Virus record (IMG/VR): IMGVR_UViG_3300021387_001774 | Location: 160,001 to 224,000 of that record | Origin: a virus | Taxonomy: Duplodnaviria > Caudoviricetes | Direction: 5' to 3' (one strand) | Length of the DNA: 64,000 nt | Part shown: in pieces, positions 31,352-41,335 of the stretch | Position numbering within the stretch: position 1 is the first letter of the stretch | How the letters are laid out: every line of letters begins with the position of its first letter | Made by a program: the position numbers and the translations under genes | Notes under the pieces: generated by a model | Told to the model about the DNA's origin: nothing | What the model saw: the letters and a program-made list of their open reading frames with translations, nothing else | The model's database searches: none

Positions 31352-31744
31352 TTATTTTTGTGCAACAATCTTAGAAATTTTAACAGCTTTATTGTTATCG
31401 ATAGCTCTTCCTGAACCAAAAGCTTTAACAAAATCGTCACCCATAATAGCTGCAAGTTCAGTAGCCTGAGCATTATCCATAGGTGATTTATCAGTATTTA
31501 ACTTACCATCAATTTCCAAACCATTTTCATCCACAGTTACTGAACCACGAGGAATTCTAGCACCTCTAAGGAATTCATTAGTAAACTTCTTCTTTTGTTC
31601 AGTTTTTTCAAACACCAAATTATCTGCAGGTACTGGTTTTCCATCTGCATCATAAAGTGCCCCATCATCATTAAAAGTATCTGGTGATGCTGGTAGAGGT
31701 TCAACTGACTGATACTCAAGGCCTTCTGTTTCATTTTCTGCCAT
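31352..31744 (-). CDS. hypothetical protein
   Basis: 130 aa, AAGGAG SD. Confidence 0.8.
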   Translation of the reverse strand: MAENETEGLEYQSVEPLPASPDTFNDDGALYDADGKPVPADNLVFEKTEQKKKFTNEFLRGARIPRGSVTVDENGLEIDGKLNTDKSPMDNAQATELAAIMGDDFVKAFGSGRAIDNNKAVKISKIVAQK

Positions 31745-31846
31745 GATATTACTCCTTATATAAGTTCTAAATTATATATCAATATTTTGGTATTTTTAAT
31801 ATTTTAATGCAAAAAACATTAAAATATAGCGTAAAAGGATGATTTT

Positions 31847-33436
31847 ATGAGTAAAAACTTTGATTTTTTTGATTTTTTCCCAGGGTTGAATCAGAGTAAG
31901 GAAGTTTATTTTGGTTCATCTGCTCCCCTAGCACAACACCTAAATTTGTATTCTTCTCAGCTTAAAACTCTTTTTAGTAAGGTTAAAACAATAAAACAAA
32001 AAGAATTACTAAAAGAATTAAATCAAATTGTAACGAACTTTAATAGAGACGTTGCTAAAGATCTTAATTGTGAACGTGTACAATTATCTGTAATTAACGA
32101 TCCACAAGATAATGCTTGCGCATTCTGTGTATACTGGTGTGCTGATGTAATGACTACTATGAGAGATCAAAGTGGTAAAACTACTTATCTCGATTTTGAT
32201 AAAGTAGCCGATCTAGAAGATATTGTAATAACTAAAGAAGGTTACAAATATAAAGATCCAAAAGGTAAGATATTACTAATATGTATAAATACTGGTTCTA
32301 TTATGAAAAATGATGTAGAAGGAATATCTGCTACTATAGCTCACGAAATAGGCCACTGTTTCCAAGATGGTATTTTTGGTATATACAAAGATATTGCTGA
32401 TTGTGAATTGATGTCGAGAATAAAATACGCTATGAACTCTTCATCAGTTATTTCAAATGGTTCAATTGGTAAAACTTTTGTATTATTCATCCAATGGCTA
32501 TTCTTCCCATTAAAATTCTTGGCAAATGTTGGACGTTTAGTTAGAGCTAAAAAATTTGGTTCTTTATTTAAAACTATAAATAAAGAAAAAACTTTCTTAA
32601 TGAAAGACGAATTAGAGAAACTTGATAAAGGTGAAACTAATAGAATAAAAACCGATAAGGGAGTCATTGTTACAAGTAATAAGCTTATTAAAGTAGCTGA
32701 CGATGATAAAAATGGAATAGTAAATGAATTAGATGCTCAAATTAAAGATGAATTTGTAAAGAAATATGATGATCTAAAGGATACTGAAGAAGAAGAAAAA
32801 GCTAAAGCTAAAAAACGTGGACCTGTATTAAATTTCTTTAGAAGTCTCTTTGCTAATATCAATGCTTGTTCATTGAACGTTTTACATACTATGACTTTAA
32901 GTAACTATACATTGAAAAAATATAATGAAAAGAGTTTTATAAAGAAGTACGAATTCTTTGCAGATATTTTTGCTTCTTCGTACGGATATGCTCCAGCGTT
33001 GTATAGTTCTTATACTCGTTATAGTAACGAAATGATTAAGAAGGCTGTAGAAAAAGATTTAGTAGGCATGAATGATCCTTCATTGCTTAAAATGGGATAT
33101 ATGAGAAATGAATGGAAACTTATCCGTAGAGCAATGCATAATGATTGTCATGGTGTTTGGATTCAACGCGGTAATGCCATGTATACTGCTCTTCAGTATG
33201 AATTAAAAAATAATACATCATTAACTACTTCGCAACGTAAAGAAATTGAACAACACATGACTATGTTAAAAGAAGCAGATGAAACATATTATAAGGATCA
33301 AACTGAAAATAGTGGTTTCTGGTTAAAATTCTATGAAACTATTATTGAAGATCGAATTGATGGTAAAGATTATAAAACCGAAGAAGAAATACTTATTCCT
33401 ATTCAGAAATGTGCTGATGAATGTATGGTAGTTTAA
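31847..33436 (+). CDS. zincin-type metallopeptidase-like protein
   Basis: IAHEIGHCF and distal EFFADIFA; late-type promoter at 31815; terminator at ~33447-33475. Confidence 0.7.
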   Translation: MSKNFDFFDFFPGLNQSKEVYFGSSAPLAQHLNLYSSQLKTLFSKVKTIKQKELLKELNQIVTNFNRDVAKDLNCERVQLSVINDPQDNACAFCVYWCADVMTTMRDQSGKTTYLDFDKVADLEDIVITKEGYKYKDPKGKILLICINTGSIMKNDVEGISATIAHEIGHCFQDGIFGIYKDIADCELMSRIKYAMNSSSVISNGSIGKTFVLFIQWLFFPLKFLANVGRLVRAKKFGSLFKTINKEKTFLMKDELEKLDKGETNRIKTDKGVIVTSNKLIKVADDDKNGIVNELDAQIKDEFVKKYDDLKDTEEEEKAKAKKRGPVLNFFRSLFANINACSLNVLHTMTLSNYTLKKYNEKSFIKKYEFFADIFASSYGYAPALYSSYTRYSNEMIKKAVEKDLVGMNDPSLLKMGYMRNEWKLIRRAMHNDCHGVWIQRGNAMYTALQYELKNNTSLTTSQRKEIEQHMTMLKEADETYYKDQTENSGFWLKFYETIIEDRIDGKDYKTEEEILIPIQKCADECMVV

Positions 33437-33477
33437 AAAAAAAATAAAAAGGGGGTAGAATTCTACCCCCCTTTTAT

Positions 33478-33795
33478 TTATTCTGTTACTGCTTTATTAC
33501 CAGCTTCTTTTCTGATCTCTTCAAGATCATTCCTCATAATCTTTTCAATATCAGAAAATACTTCACCGACAAGTTCAGTACTAGCGATGACCTTTTCAAA
33601 TGAATTAAAGAAATGCTCATTTACTGGATCTCCAGGTTTTTCGATTCTTCTCTTTTTAATATATTCTAGTATATCACTAGAAATATTAATGAGATTATTA
33701 CGAACGTTAATAATAGGTTCGTATATTTTTTTCACGATAGTATCGAATTCTTCAGAAGGATCGATACCTTTACGATCTTTTTCACAAATAGACAT
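33478..33795 (-). CDS. hypothetical helical protein
   Basis: Start moved to 33795 (AAGGAG SD); early-type promoter at ~33869-33882 and leader hairpin at 33824-33852. Confidence 0.7.
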   Translation of the reverse strand: MSICEKDRKGIDPSEEFDTIVKKIYEPIINVRNNLINISSDILEYIKKRRIEKPGDPVNEHFFNSFEKVIASTELVGEVFSDIEKIMRNDLEEIRKEAGNKAVTE

Positions 33796-33884
33796 AATAT
33801 AACTCCTTACGATAAATAAATTTAATGGAGTGAGTGAAAACACTCACTCCATTTGTTATCGTCAGTAATATAATATATAATTAT

Positions 33885-34790
33885 TTATTTCTTCTTCTTG
33901 AACCATTTACTGAGAGCATTATCGATATTAATTCCAATTTTCTGGAAGAATCCAATAACGCTCTCAGGTATATCTTCTGGAACTTCTTCTGTAGGTTGAT
34001 CTACAACTTCTGGTTCATTTTCTTTATTAGGATCATCTACTACAGGTGGTTCTACTGGAACAGGAACTTCAACAATTTTCTCAACTTCTTTTTCAATATA
34101 TTCTGTCTTAGTAACAACTTTAACGTCCGGATTTTCATCATTAAATTTATTTATAGCTTCAGATTTAACAAGATATGCAAAACCAAATGATGTAAACATA
34201 ATAAATTCACAAATCATTCCAACAGGGAAATTAACAGGGAGATATTGTTTTACATAACTTGTAGACATAACACCCATACTTATGGCAGCAACAAGAATAA
34301 GAATACCACAAATCTTATATATTATGTTTCGTATCTTCTTTTTCTTTGTAGGTTCTTTGCCCGTTTTAGTAAAAAGAAACAAAAGATTAAATGCTATTAC
34401 TATAAAGAATGTTCCAGCCGTTATACAGTGAAGCTTATGTGAAAGATGTGATTCCAAACAGAAAATACCAGTTGTATCAGGCTTAGTATAATTGTAATTA
34501 GGAAATACGATTACACCTAATACAGTTATAGCTTGAACAATAGATAAGAATCTATCTTTCCAATCATAACCTTTATAACTAAAGAAGAATATCGAAGTAG
34601 CAAAAATCAATCCAATCATACAAATATTAGCATTTGAATAAAAAGATGACGATATGCTATGATACCAGTTAGTTGGATTAGTTTTTAATCCAAATAAACC
34701 AAATAAAAGGACAGATGGCACAAGTGCTATACATAATGCACCAAGAATTCTTCGCTGATGTAACATCGTATATTTTTCAATACTAGTCAT
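33885..34790 (-). CDS. multi-pass membrane protein (DUF998-like) with Pro/Glu-rich tail
   Basis: About 6 TM helices with SISS.FY, YKGYD and LH...AG.FF patterns; GGAGG SD. Confidence 0.7.
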   Translation of the reverse strand: MTSIEKYTMLHQRRILGALCIALVPSVLLFGLFGLKTNPTNWYHSISSSFYSNANICMIGLIFATSIFFFSYKGYDWKDRFLSIVQAITVLGVIVFPNYNYTKPDTTGIFCLESHLSHKLHCITAGTFFIVIAFNLLFLFTKTGKEPTKKKKIRNIIYKICGILILVAAISMGVMSTSYVKQYLPVNFPVGMICEFIMFTSFGFAYLVKSEAINKFNDENPDVKVVTKTEYIEKEVEKIVEVPVPVEPPVVDDPNKENEPEVVDQPTEEVPEDIPESVIGFFQKIGINIDNALSKWFKKKK

Positions 34791-34865
34791 ATAACCTCCA
34801 ATTTTAGATATATAGGGTTGTCAATTAAATATAGTGTACCCTCTATTAAAGAGGGTACACATTAA

Positions 34866-35483
34866 TTATGGTTCAATAGTTACACAATTTTCTTCAGTTT
34901 TGTTTGTAGAACCGTATCCACCTTCTCCACGAGTGTTATTAAAACGATCGGGTGAGAATTCAGGTACATTTACAACATCACCAACACGAATTGGTTCAAA
35001 TACAATCTGGAAAATTCTTTCACCAGCTTCAATTATGATATCCTCTTTAGAACAATTGAAAACTGTTCCTGTGATTTCTCCACGATAATCAGAATCAATT
35101 CTTCCAGGTGCATTAACAAGAATAAGTCCCTTATCTCCAGTGGAAGATCTCATACTGAGTGATCCTACTGAACCAAAAGGAATCTTCATCTTTACACCTG
35201 TTCTAAGCTTATGATGTATTTCACCAGGCTTAATAGTCACCGTTTCCATAGATTTAAGATCATAACCAGCAGAACCAGAAGTTTTCTTCTCAGGCATCTG
35301 TTCCATAGTAGCATCTTCACAAAGAAGAACTTCTACACGGAAAGGTTTTCTAAACCTACGTCTACCATTAAACCTTTTTCTAAAGAACTTACGACGAGGT
35401 CTTTCTGTATACTCTGTTGTTTCTTCTACATCTCTTTCCTCATCACCTTCATACTCTTCATAACGAATCCTTTCTTTTTTCAT
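34866..35483 (-). CDS. dut: trimeric dUTPase with acidic/Arg-rich N-terminal extension
   Basis: SAGYDL, RSS, GRIDSDYRGEI, ERIFQ, RGEGGYGST. Confidence 0.95.
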   Translation of the reverse strand: MKKERIRYEEYEGDEERDVEETTEYTERPRRKFFRKRFNGRRRFRKPFRVEVLLCEDATMEQMPEKKTSGSAGYDLKSMETVTIKPGEIHHKLRTGVKMKIPFGSVGSLSMRSSTGDKGLILVNAPGRIDSDYRGEITGTVFNCSKEDIIIEAGERIFQIVFEPIRVGDVVNVPEFSPDRFNNTRGEGGYGSTNKTEENCVTIEP

Positions 35484-35531
35484 CGAATATCTCCTATAAG
35501 ATTATAAGTATATGTATTTTTTCATGAATTT

Positions 35532-35942
35532 TTAATTATTTAAAAAAGATAAATCATCCATTATTATTGATGATGCTATAGCTGTAACATTTTCGCTCTC
35601 ATCTCTCTGTCGTATACGAATTTTATTATAAGATTCATTATTAACAATAAGACCATTTTCAAATCCATAAATAATTATAGAATTAACAGGTACATAATTG
35701 TAATTTTTTAATTTTGTTAAACGTATTTCTATATTTTCTAATGGACACCATTCTTTATGTTCTTTATATAACTCATAAATACGTTTTGCTTGTTTAATAC
35801 GTAGATCATTGTATTCTTTTGGGTTATCTATAGGACTAATTATCTGATTAAATAATTCTACATCTTCTTCACGTTTATTGTATGAAATCACAAAACATAT
35901 AGGTGAACGAAATTGACTAATTTCTTTTACAGAAATATTCAT
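35532..35942 (-). CDS. hypothetical protein
   Basis: 136 aa, in operon. Confidence 0.7.
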   Translation of the reverse strand: MNISVKEISQFRSPICFVISYNKREEDVELFNQIISPIDNPKEYNDLRIKQAKRIYELYKEHKEWCPLENIEIRLTKLKNYNYVPVNSIIIYGFENGLIVNNESYNKIRIRQRDESENVTAIASSIIMDDLSFLNN

Positions 35943-35954
35943 ACTAAATACCTA

Positions 35955-36419
35955 TTATTTATTTTTAAGAGTTTTTAAACTCTTCTTTTTAGTATCATTA
36001 GTATTATCTTTAGGACCATCAATATAAATATAAACTTTTAAACATGGTCCACCATTTTTACTTTCAGCAAATGAGCTTTTGAAATCATGGATAACACCTT
36101 TCTCTTTAGCCAATTTCATAATATCTGTAGTTATATAATCCCTAATAGAACAATATGCAAAATCACTAGGTTCAAAATTTAGTTTTTCAAATACTTTAAC
36201 AAGAATTTTAAGCCATATATTTTCTTCAATTTCAATACATTTGTCATTTTCTACAGCTATTCCCCAACCATTATACATATTAAAAGTCCAATCATATGTT
36301 TTCAAAACATCTGAAATAGCTTTAACAATTGCTTCTGGTTTAGATTTCTTGCAACCAGCTACCCATTTGTCATTCTTTTCCTTAAAATACTTTACCATCT
36401 GTTTAATTGATGTACTCAT
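35955..36419 (-). CDS. hypothetical protein
   Basis: 154 aa, GGAAGG SD. Confidence 0.7.
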   Translation of the reverse strand: MSTSIKQMVKYFKEKNDKWVAGCKKSKPEAIVKAISDVLKTYDWTFNMYNGWGIAVENDKCIEIEENIWLKILVKVFEKLNFEPSDFAYCSIRDYITTDIMKLAKEKGVIHDFKSSFAESKNGGPCLKVYIYIDGPKDNTNDTKKKSLKTLKNK

Positions 36420-36484
36420 ATTATCTTTCCTTCCTATTCTTTGGTCATAGGTAACCTATTTTTTATATATTCTCTCCTTTATTT

Positions 36485-37300
36485 TTAGCATCCAAACATA
36501 TATCTATCTGCATCAGCTAATGTTTTCGGATGAAATTCTTCCTTCTTAATTTGTGTTTCTTTTTTAGTTTCTTCATTAATTTTTTCTTCTTCTGTAATTT
36601 CATCCTTCTTAGTTTCATCTAAGAAAATTAATTCTTTAGCATAAGGTAGAGTTCTTACCCAATTAATAAATGAATTTCTCCATTCTGTTAATTTATGATT
36701 TCTTCTTTGATCTTTAGAACACATAGCATATAAATTTTCATAATTCATAGTAATTGTACGTTTTTGTAAATAGCTTTCTGGTAGTTTTCTTATCAATTCT
36801 TTCCAATATCTTATATCTGTAGTTTCATTATATTTCTGTCTAAGATATTCCAAATTTTTTATATCATCGTCCCATATCTTAGCTAAATCAAAATTATCTT
36901 CTGGATTTAAAAGCCAATAAACATCATCCATTTCAAAAGATTCTCTTGTTATTGGTGTTGAAGCTAATTTATGCATAGTTGAACAAGAATTACTAACTGT
37001 ACCAACTTTATACGTATCAAATTCTTTCCACCAATATAGTGATCCAGTAATATCGACAGATACAAATATCTGTCTCATAAATTTTCTATGTACACTTCCT
37101 GCTTTTATCAATTTCTGTGCAAGTGTCATATCATTAGGGCCTATAACATAACTTCCAAATAGATAGTCATTAGATACACGTGGATCACCAGGTAAATTAT
37201 AATGACTATCACTTAAATTCCAACTGTTTTTAGGATTACGCATACCACGTAATGCACCTTCAAAATTAAATACCTCTGCATTCTCAAATTTCATCTTCAT
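36485..37300 (-). CDS. ThyX-like (flavin-dependent thymidylate synthase fold) phage protein
   Basis: RGMRNP..SW, H.KFMRQI.V..DIT..LYWWKEFDTY, S.STMH, LPESY.Q.R, NYENL, QRRNHKL.EW match a widespread phage family related to ThyX; start near the AAAGGAG SD. Confidence 0.6.
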   Translation of the reverse strand: MKMKFENAEVFNFEGALRGMRNPKNSWNLSDSHYNLPGDPRVSNDYLFGSYVIGPNDMTLAQKLIKAGSVHRKFMRQIFVSVDITGSLYWWKEFDTYKVGTVSNSCSTMHKLASTPITRESFEMDDVYWLLNPEDNFDLAKIWDDDIKNLEYLRQKYNETTDIRYWKELIRKLPESYLQKRTITMNYENLYAMCSKDQRRNHKLTEWRNSFINWVRTLPYAKELIFLDETKKDEITEEEKINEETKKETQIKKEEFHPKTLADADRYMFGC

Positions 37301-37472
37301 TATCTCCTTTATCTTTAGAATCCACATCTATTAATGTAGTTTGTTTAATAAAATTTTTAGCTTTATTAGATAGATAACCATCATTACATATTCCAAAAAT
37401 TTCTTTCAATTTTATTTTTTCAGGCAATCTATCATGTTTGGTTCGTTTACCAAATTGTCTTTGTTCTCTCAT
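37284..37472 (-). CDS. small hypothetical protein
   Basis: 62 aa, overlaps the start of the next gene. Confidence 0.45.
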   Translation of the reverse strand: MREQRQFGKRTKHDRLPEKIKLKEIFGICNDGYLSNKAKNFIKQTTLIDVDSKDKGDNEDEI

Positions 37473-37581
37473 ATATTAAAATGATATCCTTATTTTAAAA
37501 AAATATGTATTTTTTATTTATATATTATATTAATGGAGAGTTAGAAATAACTCTACTATTTATATTTTATGGAGTATTAAT

Positions 37582-37872
37582 ATGATTATTAAAGATGCTA
37601 ATGGTAAAGTTATAGGTTCTATTGAATTTACTGATAAAGAATTAGAGTTAGAAAAAGAAAAATTTGAAAAAATTACAGAATTAGGAAACAATATGTTAAA
37701 ATCACATGAAAATATTACTATAAGTAATAATAATGTAATATTAACAAAAAATAATAATTTTCATAATACATTAGGTAATGTAGTAAACTCTGTTAGAGAT
37801 TTTAGTATGGAAATGGATTTAAACAACAAACGTTCTATGTTTCACTATGATCCAGAAAATCAACAACAATAA
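37582..37872 (+). CDS. hypothetical early protein
   Basis: Own TATATATTAT promoter (37519), GAAA-loop leader hairpin, GGAG SD, terminator at 37876-37903. Confidence 0.75.
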   Translation: MIIKDANGKVIGSIEFTDKELELEKEKFEKITELGNNMLKSHENITISNNNVILTKNNNFHNTLGNVVNSVRDFSMEMDLNNKRSMFHYDPENQQQ

Positions 37873-37907
37873 TTAATAAAGGTGGGATATATCCCACCTT
37901 TATTTTT

Positions 37908-38927
37908 TTATCTCTTAATACAAGCTGCTATTTCTTTTACAATATCATAACTAGCTAATTGTAAATAATTCTTTATAATCATATCATTAAATAATCCTAA
38001 AGAAGCTTTACCTAAAATAAGCATATTAATAAATGCTGATGCAGAATCTAATGCAAATATAGCATTTTTATTCATACGTTTTACAAAGAATAAATTAAGA
38101 TTTTCTGATTTCAATGCATCATTTTCAATAAATTCATATTCTTCACAAATAATTTTACAGAAATTATCCAATGGAAATATAGTATTATAATCTACATTAG
38201 TCATAATATTTTTATCTGTTTGATAATATAAACATTCATTTTTCAATATTGTAGGATTAGATATAAATTTACTTTTCAAAGCATTATTTATAGCATCTTC
38301 TTTATCTACTCCAAACATAGCTTGAAGACAGAAAATCATAGATAAAAAGAATACTTTATCATATCCAGTATTTGAAGTAGATATAATAGGAAACATATTA
38401 TCAATAATTTTACTTACTATTAATGCATATGATTCTGATACTTTAGTTAAAAATGATTTATTTGTACTTAATTGAGGATCTTCAACTAATTGTAATTGTA
38501 CATATGCAGCAGAAAGTAAATGATATAGAGTCAAATCTGGTATATCATAATAAGTAATAACTCCTTGAGGAGTTTTCAAATATTTTCCTTTTATACTAAG
38601 ATCTACATAATTTACTATTTTACCATTATTGATACCATTCATACTAAATAATGATCTAGGTAATTTATAATCTATAAATAAATCTTTTGCAGATTTATTA
38701 GTAGTAGACATTGTAAAATCACAAGGAATAACTTTTCTAGTTTTAACAGCTTCAATAACATTATCTACAAATGGATATTTATATCCTTTGAAAGCAGATA
38801 ATCTATCCATAATTACATCATCAGGTAATTTATAGTCCATAAAATTAATTTTTTGAAATAATTGACTATAATTATACTTTTTATTTATAAAAGAAAAGAA
38901 TTTTGATTCAGTTAATTTGTTAATCAT
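37908..38927 (-). CDS. hypothetical protein (possibly virion)
   Basis: 339 aa, late-type promoter at 38953-38964. Confidence 0.75.
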   Translation of the reverse strand: MINKLTESKFFSFINKKYNYSQLFQKINFMDYKLPDDVIMDRLSAFKGYKYPFVDNVIEAVKTRKVIPCDFTMSTTNKSAKDLFIDYKLPRSLFSMNGINNGKIVNYVDLSIKGKYLKTPQGVITYYDIPDLTLYHLLSAAYVQLQLVEDPQLSTNKSFLTKVSESYALIVSKIIDNMFPIISTSNTGYDKVFFLSMIFCLQAMFGVDKEDAINNALKSKFISNPTILKNECLYYQTDKNIMTNVDYNTIFPLDNFCKIICEEYEFIENDALKSENLNLFFVKRMNKNAIFALDSASAFINMLILGKASLGLFNDMIIKNYLQLASYDIVKEIAACIKR

Positions 38928-38994
38928 ATCCTAAATACTCCATTCATTGATATACTATATTGTCAAAAATATAAAGAAAATAGAAAAATTGATA

Positions 38995-39420
38995 AAAAAA
39001 ATTATAGAAAATTAAAAATAAAAAATACCCCCATCTAATTCGTATCGCGAATCTTAAAACGCGTTAAAACTATTTATTTTTGAATTTTTTTCACGAAACG
39101 TTAAAACGCGTAAAACTAAATACAAAAGATTAAAATAATTATAACTAATGAGATACTATGTAATTAAAATTTTTTTTAAATTTTTTAGTTAAAATAATTA
39201 AAAATATAGTTTTTGAAGATAAAAAATTAAATAAAAATTATAGAGAAATTAAAAATAGGAAATTACCCCATTTAAATCGTATCACGAAAGTTGAAACGCG
39301 TTAAGCTAATGTATTTTAGATTTTAATCGCGATCATTTTCGACGCGTTAAAACTAAATACAAAAGATTAATCAAAATAATTTCTAAAATGATACTATGTA
39401 ATTAAAAAATTTTTTAATTT
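38995..39420. repeat. tandem ~237-bp-period duplication with four TCRCGA-N8/9-ACGCGT boxes; candidate replication origin
   Basis: ACGCGT at 39059, 39106, 39296, 39342; AAAACTAAATACAAAAGATTAA and GATACTATGTAATTAAAA each present twice; located in a ~560-bp non-coding gap at the coding-strand switch. Confidence 0.85.
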
Positions 39421-39505
39421 TACGAATTGATATAAAAGTTCTATAATTTATTAAAAAATCACATCTTAATATAGAAGTAATTTATACATATGAATGGAGT
39501 TTTAT

Positions 39506-39919
39506 ATGGCTGATAAAGTTTTGATTAATCCAACATTTCGGCTAGATGTAAATGGTAAACTATTTCGAAATAAAAATTCTAATGAAGATATACAAGAAAC
39601 TGTTTTGTTCAATAATCTTATGACTAGATTATCTATAAATAAAGGAGATTTACCTTTATTTCCAGGTTTAGGACTAAAACAATTTTTTGGTAAATTCGAT
39701 TTCATGGATCAAGTAGAAATATCATTAAATCTACAGAAATTTGAAGCCGAACTTGAAGCTCAAATGAATAGGGAATGTCATCTAAAATATTCGTTTGATA
39801 AAGAAAATAAACATGTTGATGTTAGAATTGAGATGGAAGGACTGAAATACCCAGTCAAGGTTAGGTATTTTAATAACAATGGATCTATACGTGTTATAGA
39901 ACCTCAATTTAATGACTAA
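39506..39919 (+). CDS. baseplate wedge gp25-like protein
   Basis: RLSINKGDLPLFPGLGL resembles the gp25/GPW L.T..GE.P..P.FG motif; late-type promoter at 39460; start after the GGAG SD. Confidence 0.55.
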   Translation: MADKVLINPTFRLDVNGKLFRNKNSNEDIQETVLFNNLMTRLSINKGDLPLFPGLGLKQFFGKFDFMDQVEISLNLQKFEAELEAQMNRECHLKYSFDKENKHVDVRIEMEGLKYPVKVRYFNNNGSIRVIEPQFND

Positions 39920-39933
39920 AATGGAGTTTATAT

Positions 39934-40662
39934 ATGGAAAATAACAACTATGCTTCTAGATTTGGTAATACGAATCTTCTTACAGATGAAGAAAAATCTT
40001 CATACAGAGAATTTGCTCAAAAAGTTCATAAAATGAGCCATAAGGATATATTTCTCCTTAATAGTAATATGAGAGATACATTAACTACGGAACAGCAAGA
40101 TATTGTAGCTTGGGAACTTAAATTAAGAGAACTCGAAATATATAAGAAAAAGAATATTAAACCTGAAGAAACTTTTGACACAATGAATGTAACTGGAAAC
40201 GTTCCATTGGATTATGAACTATCTTATGCAGAATTACAGAATAGAGTAAATGCTGAAAAGAAAGCTATGATTGGTATGGATGATAAATTACTTGAAAGAA
40301 GTAAGAAAATTTTGGAAGAACACCCGGTAGTTATTTCTGCTAACAATTTACATAATGTACGTGGTGGTGGTGTAAATATGTTAGCTAAAAGTTATATCGT
40401 AGAAGACGATAATGGTAAACGAATTTCTGTAGATAATCAAAAGATTCAAGAGCATTATCGTAAGATGTATATAAGACGTATGTCTGAAGTTACAGGCATC
40501 GATTATACTCAATATGATTTAACTCCAGATGAAGAAAATATGGATTATCTTGATCCTCCAACAAATACTGATAATAATAAACCTATAAATACTCAAGAAG
40601 ATTTTGTAGGAATGGAAGTTTCTTCTAATATTAATTTGAACGACTATGAAGATGACGATTAA
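39934..40662 (+). CDS. hypothetical protein
   Basis: 242 aa, GGAG SD. Confidence 0.8.
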   Translation: MENNNYASRFGNTNLLTDEEKSSYREFAQKVHKMSHKDIFLLNSNMRDTLTTEQQDIVAWELKLRELEIYKKKNIKPEETFDTMNVTGNVPLDYELSYAELQNRVNAEKKAMIGMDDKLLERSKKILEEHPVVISANNLHNVRGGGVNMLAKSYIVEDDNGKRISVDNQKIQEHYRKMYIRRMSEVTGIDYTQYDLTPDEENMDYLDPPTNTDNNKPINTQEDFVGMEVSSNINLNDYEDDD

Positions 40663-40698
40663 TTAAATTATATATTATATACTTGTGGAGGAACAAAT

Positions 40699-41265
40699 AT
40701 GAAAGAGTTCGAAATCAAAAATCCAATCAACGAAAATGATCAAGAATTTGATCTTTTCTGTGACGGTATGTATAAAGATTGTTATCAAGGTTTATTATAT
40801 CTTGAAGATATCTTTGTAGGTGTAACATTCTATAATAATGGTAGATTTTTACCTTATACTTTTGTAATCCCAAAAGCTTCTACAGAAGTAGCTATTGAGA
40901 AAGACACAGGAATTATTCGTGCTACGTCTAATAGTTGGTTTAAATTTGATTTGCCGGATTTCCCAGAAATCAAATTTCAAATATACGAAACGTTGTATAG
41001 ATATTTCCAAAAAGCTTTCAAGCATTTTGTAAATGGTACAAATTCTGGTTACAACGAATCTAAAATTCAATGGAATTATGTAACATTTGAACCTGTAAGG
41101 TTTAAATTGGAAAGTCGTTCTAATGTAACTATAGGATTTTTAAATAATGTAAAAGGTTACGTTAGTATAAACGATGATATTGTAAAGAAGTATGCTGAAT
41201 CTAATTTGGAAGAACTCGATAAAGCTGTCGATAAAGTCCAATTAGATCTACCATTTGAAGATTAA
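40699..41265 (+). CDS. hypothetical protein
   Basis: 188 aa, early-type promoter at ~40666, GGAGG SD, terminator at ~41268-41296. Confidence 0.8.
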   Translation: MKEFEIKNPINENDQEFDLFCDGMYKDCYQGLLYLEDIFVGVTFYNNGRFLPYTFVIPKASTEVAIEKDTGIIRATSNSWFKFDLPDFPEIKFQIYETLYRYFQKAFKHFVNGTNSGYNESKIQWNYVTFEPVRFKLESRSNVTIGFLNNVKGYVSINDDIVKKYAESNLEELDKAVDKVQLDLPFED

Positions 41266-41335
41266 TTAAAAAGAGGGCTATACGCCCTCTTTTTTTAATT
41301 ATATATTATATAAAGGTTAGGAGGATTTAGGTATT

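Noticed and set aside
39045-39360. CRISPR array interpretation of the four repeated boxes
   Set aside because: Repeats are degenerate, spacing is irregular (47/190/46), intervening sequences are themselves duplicated, and no cas genes are in the window.
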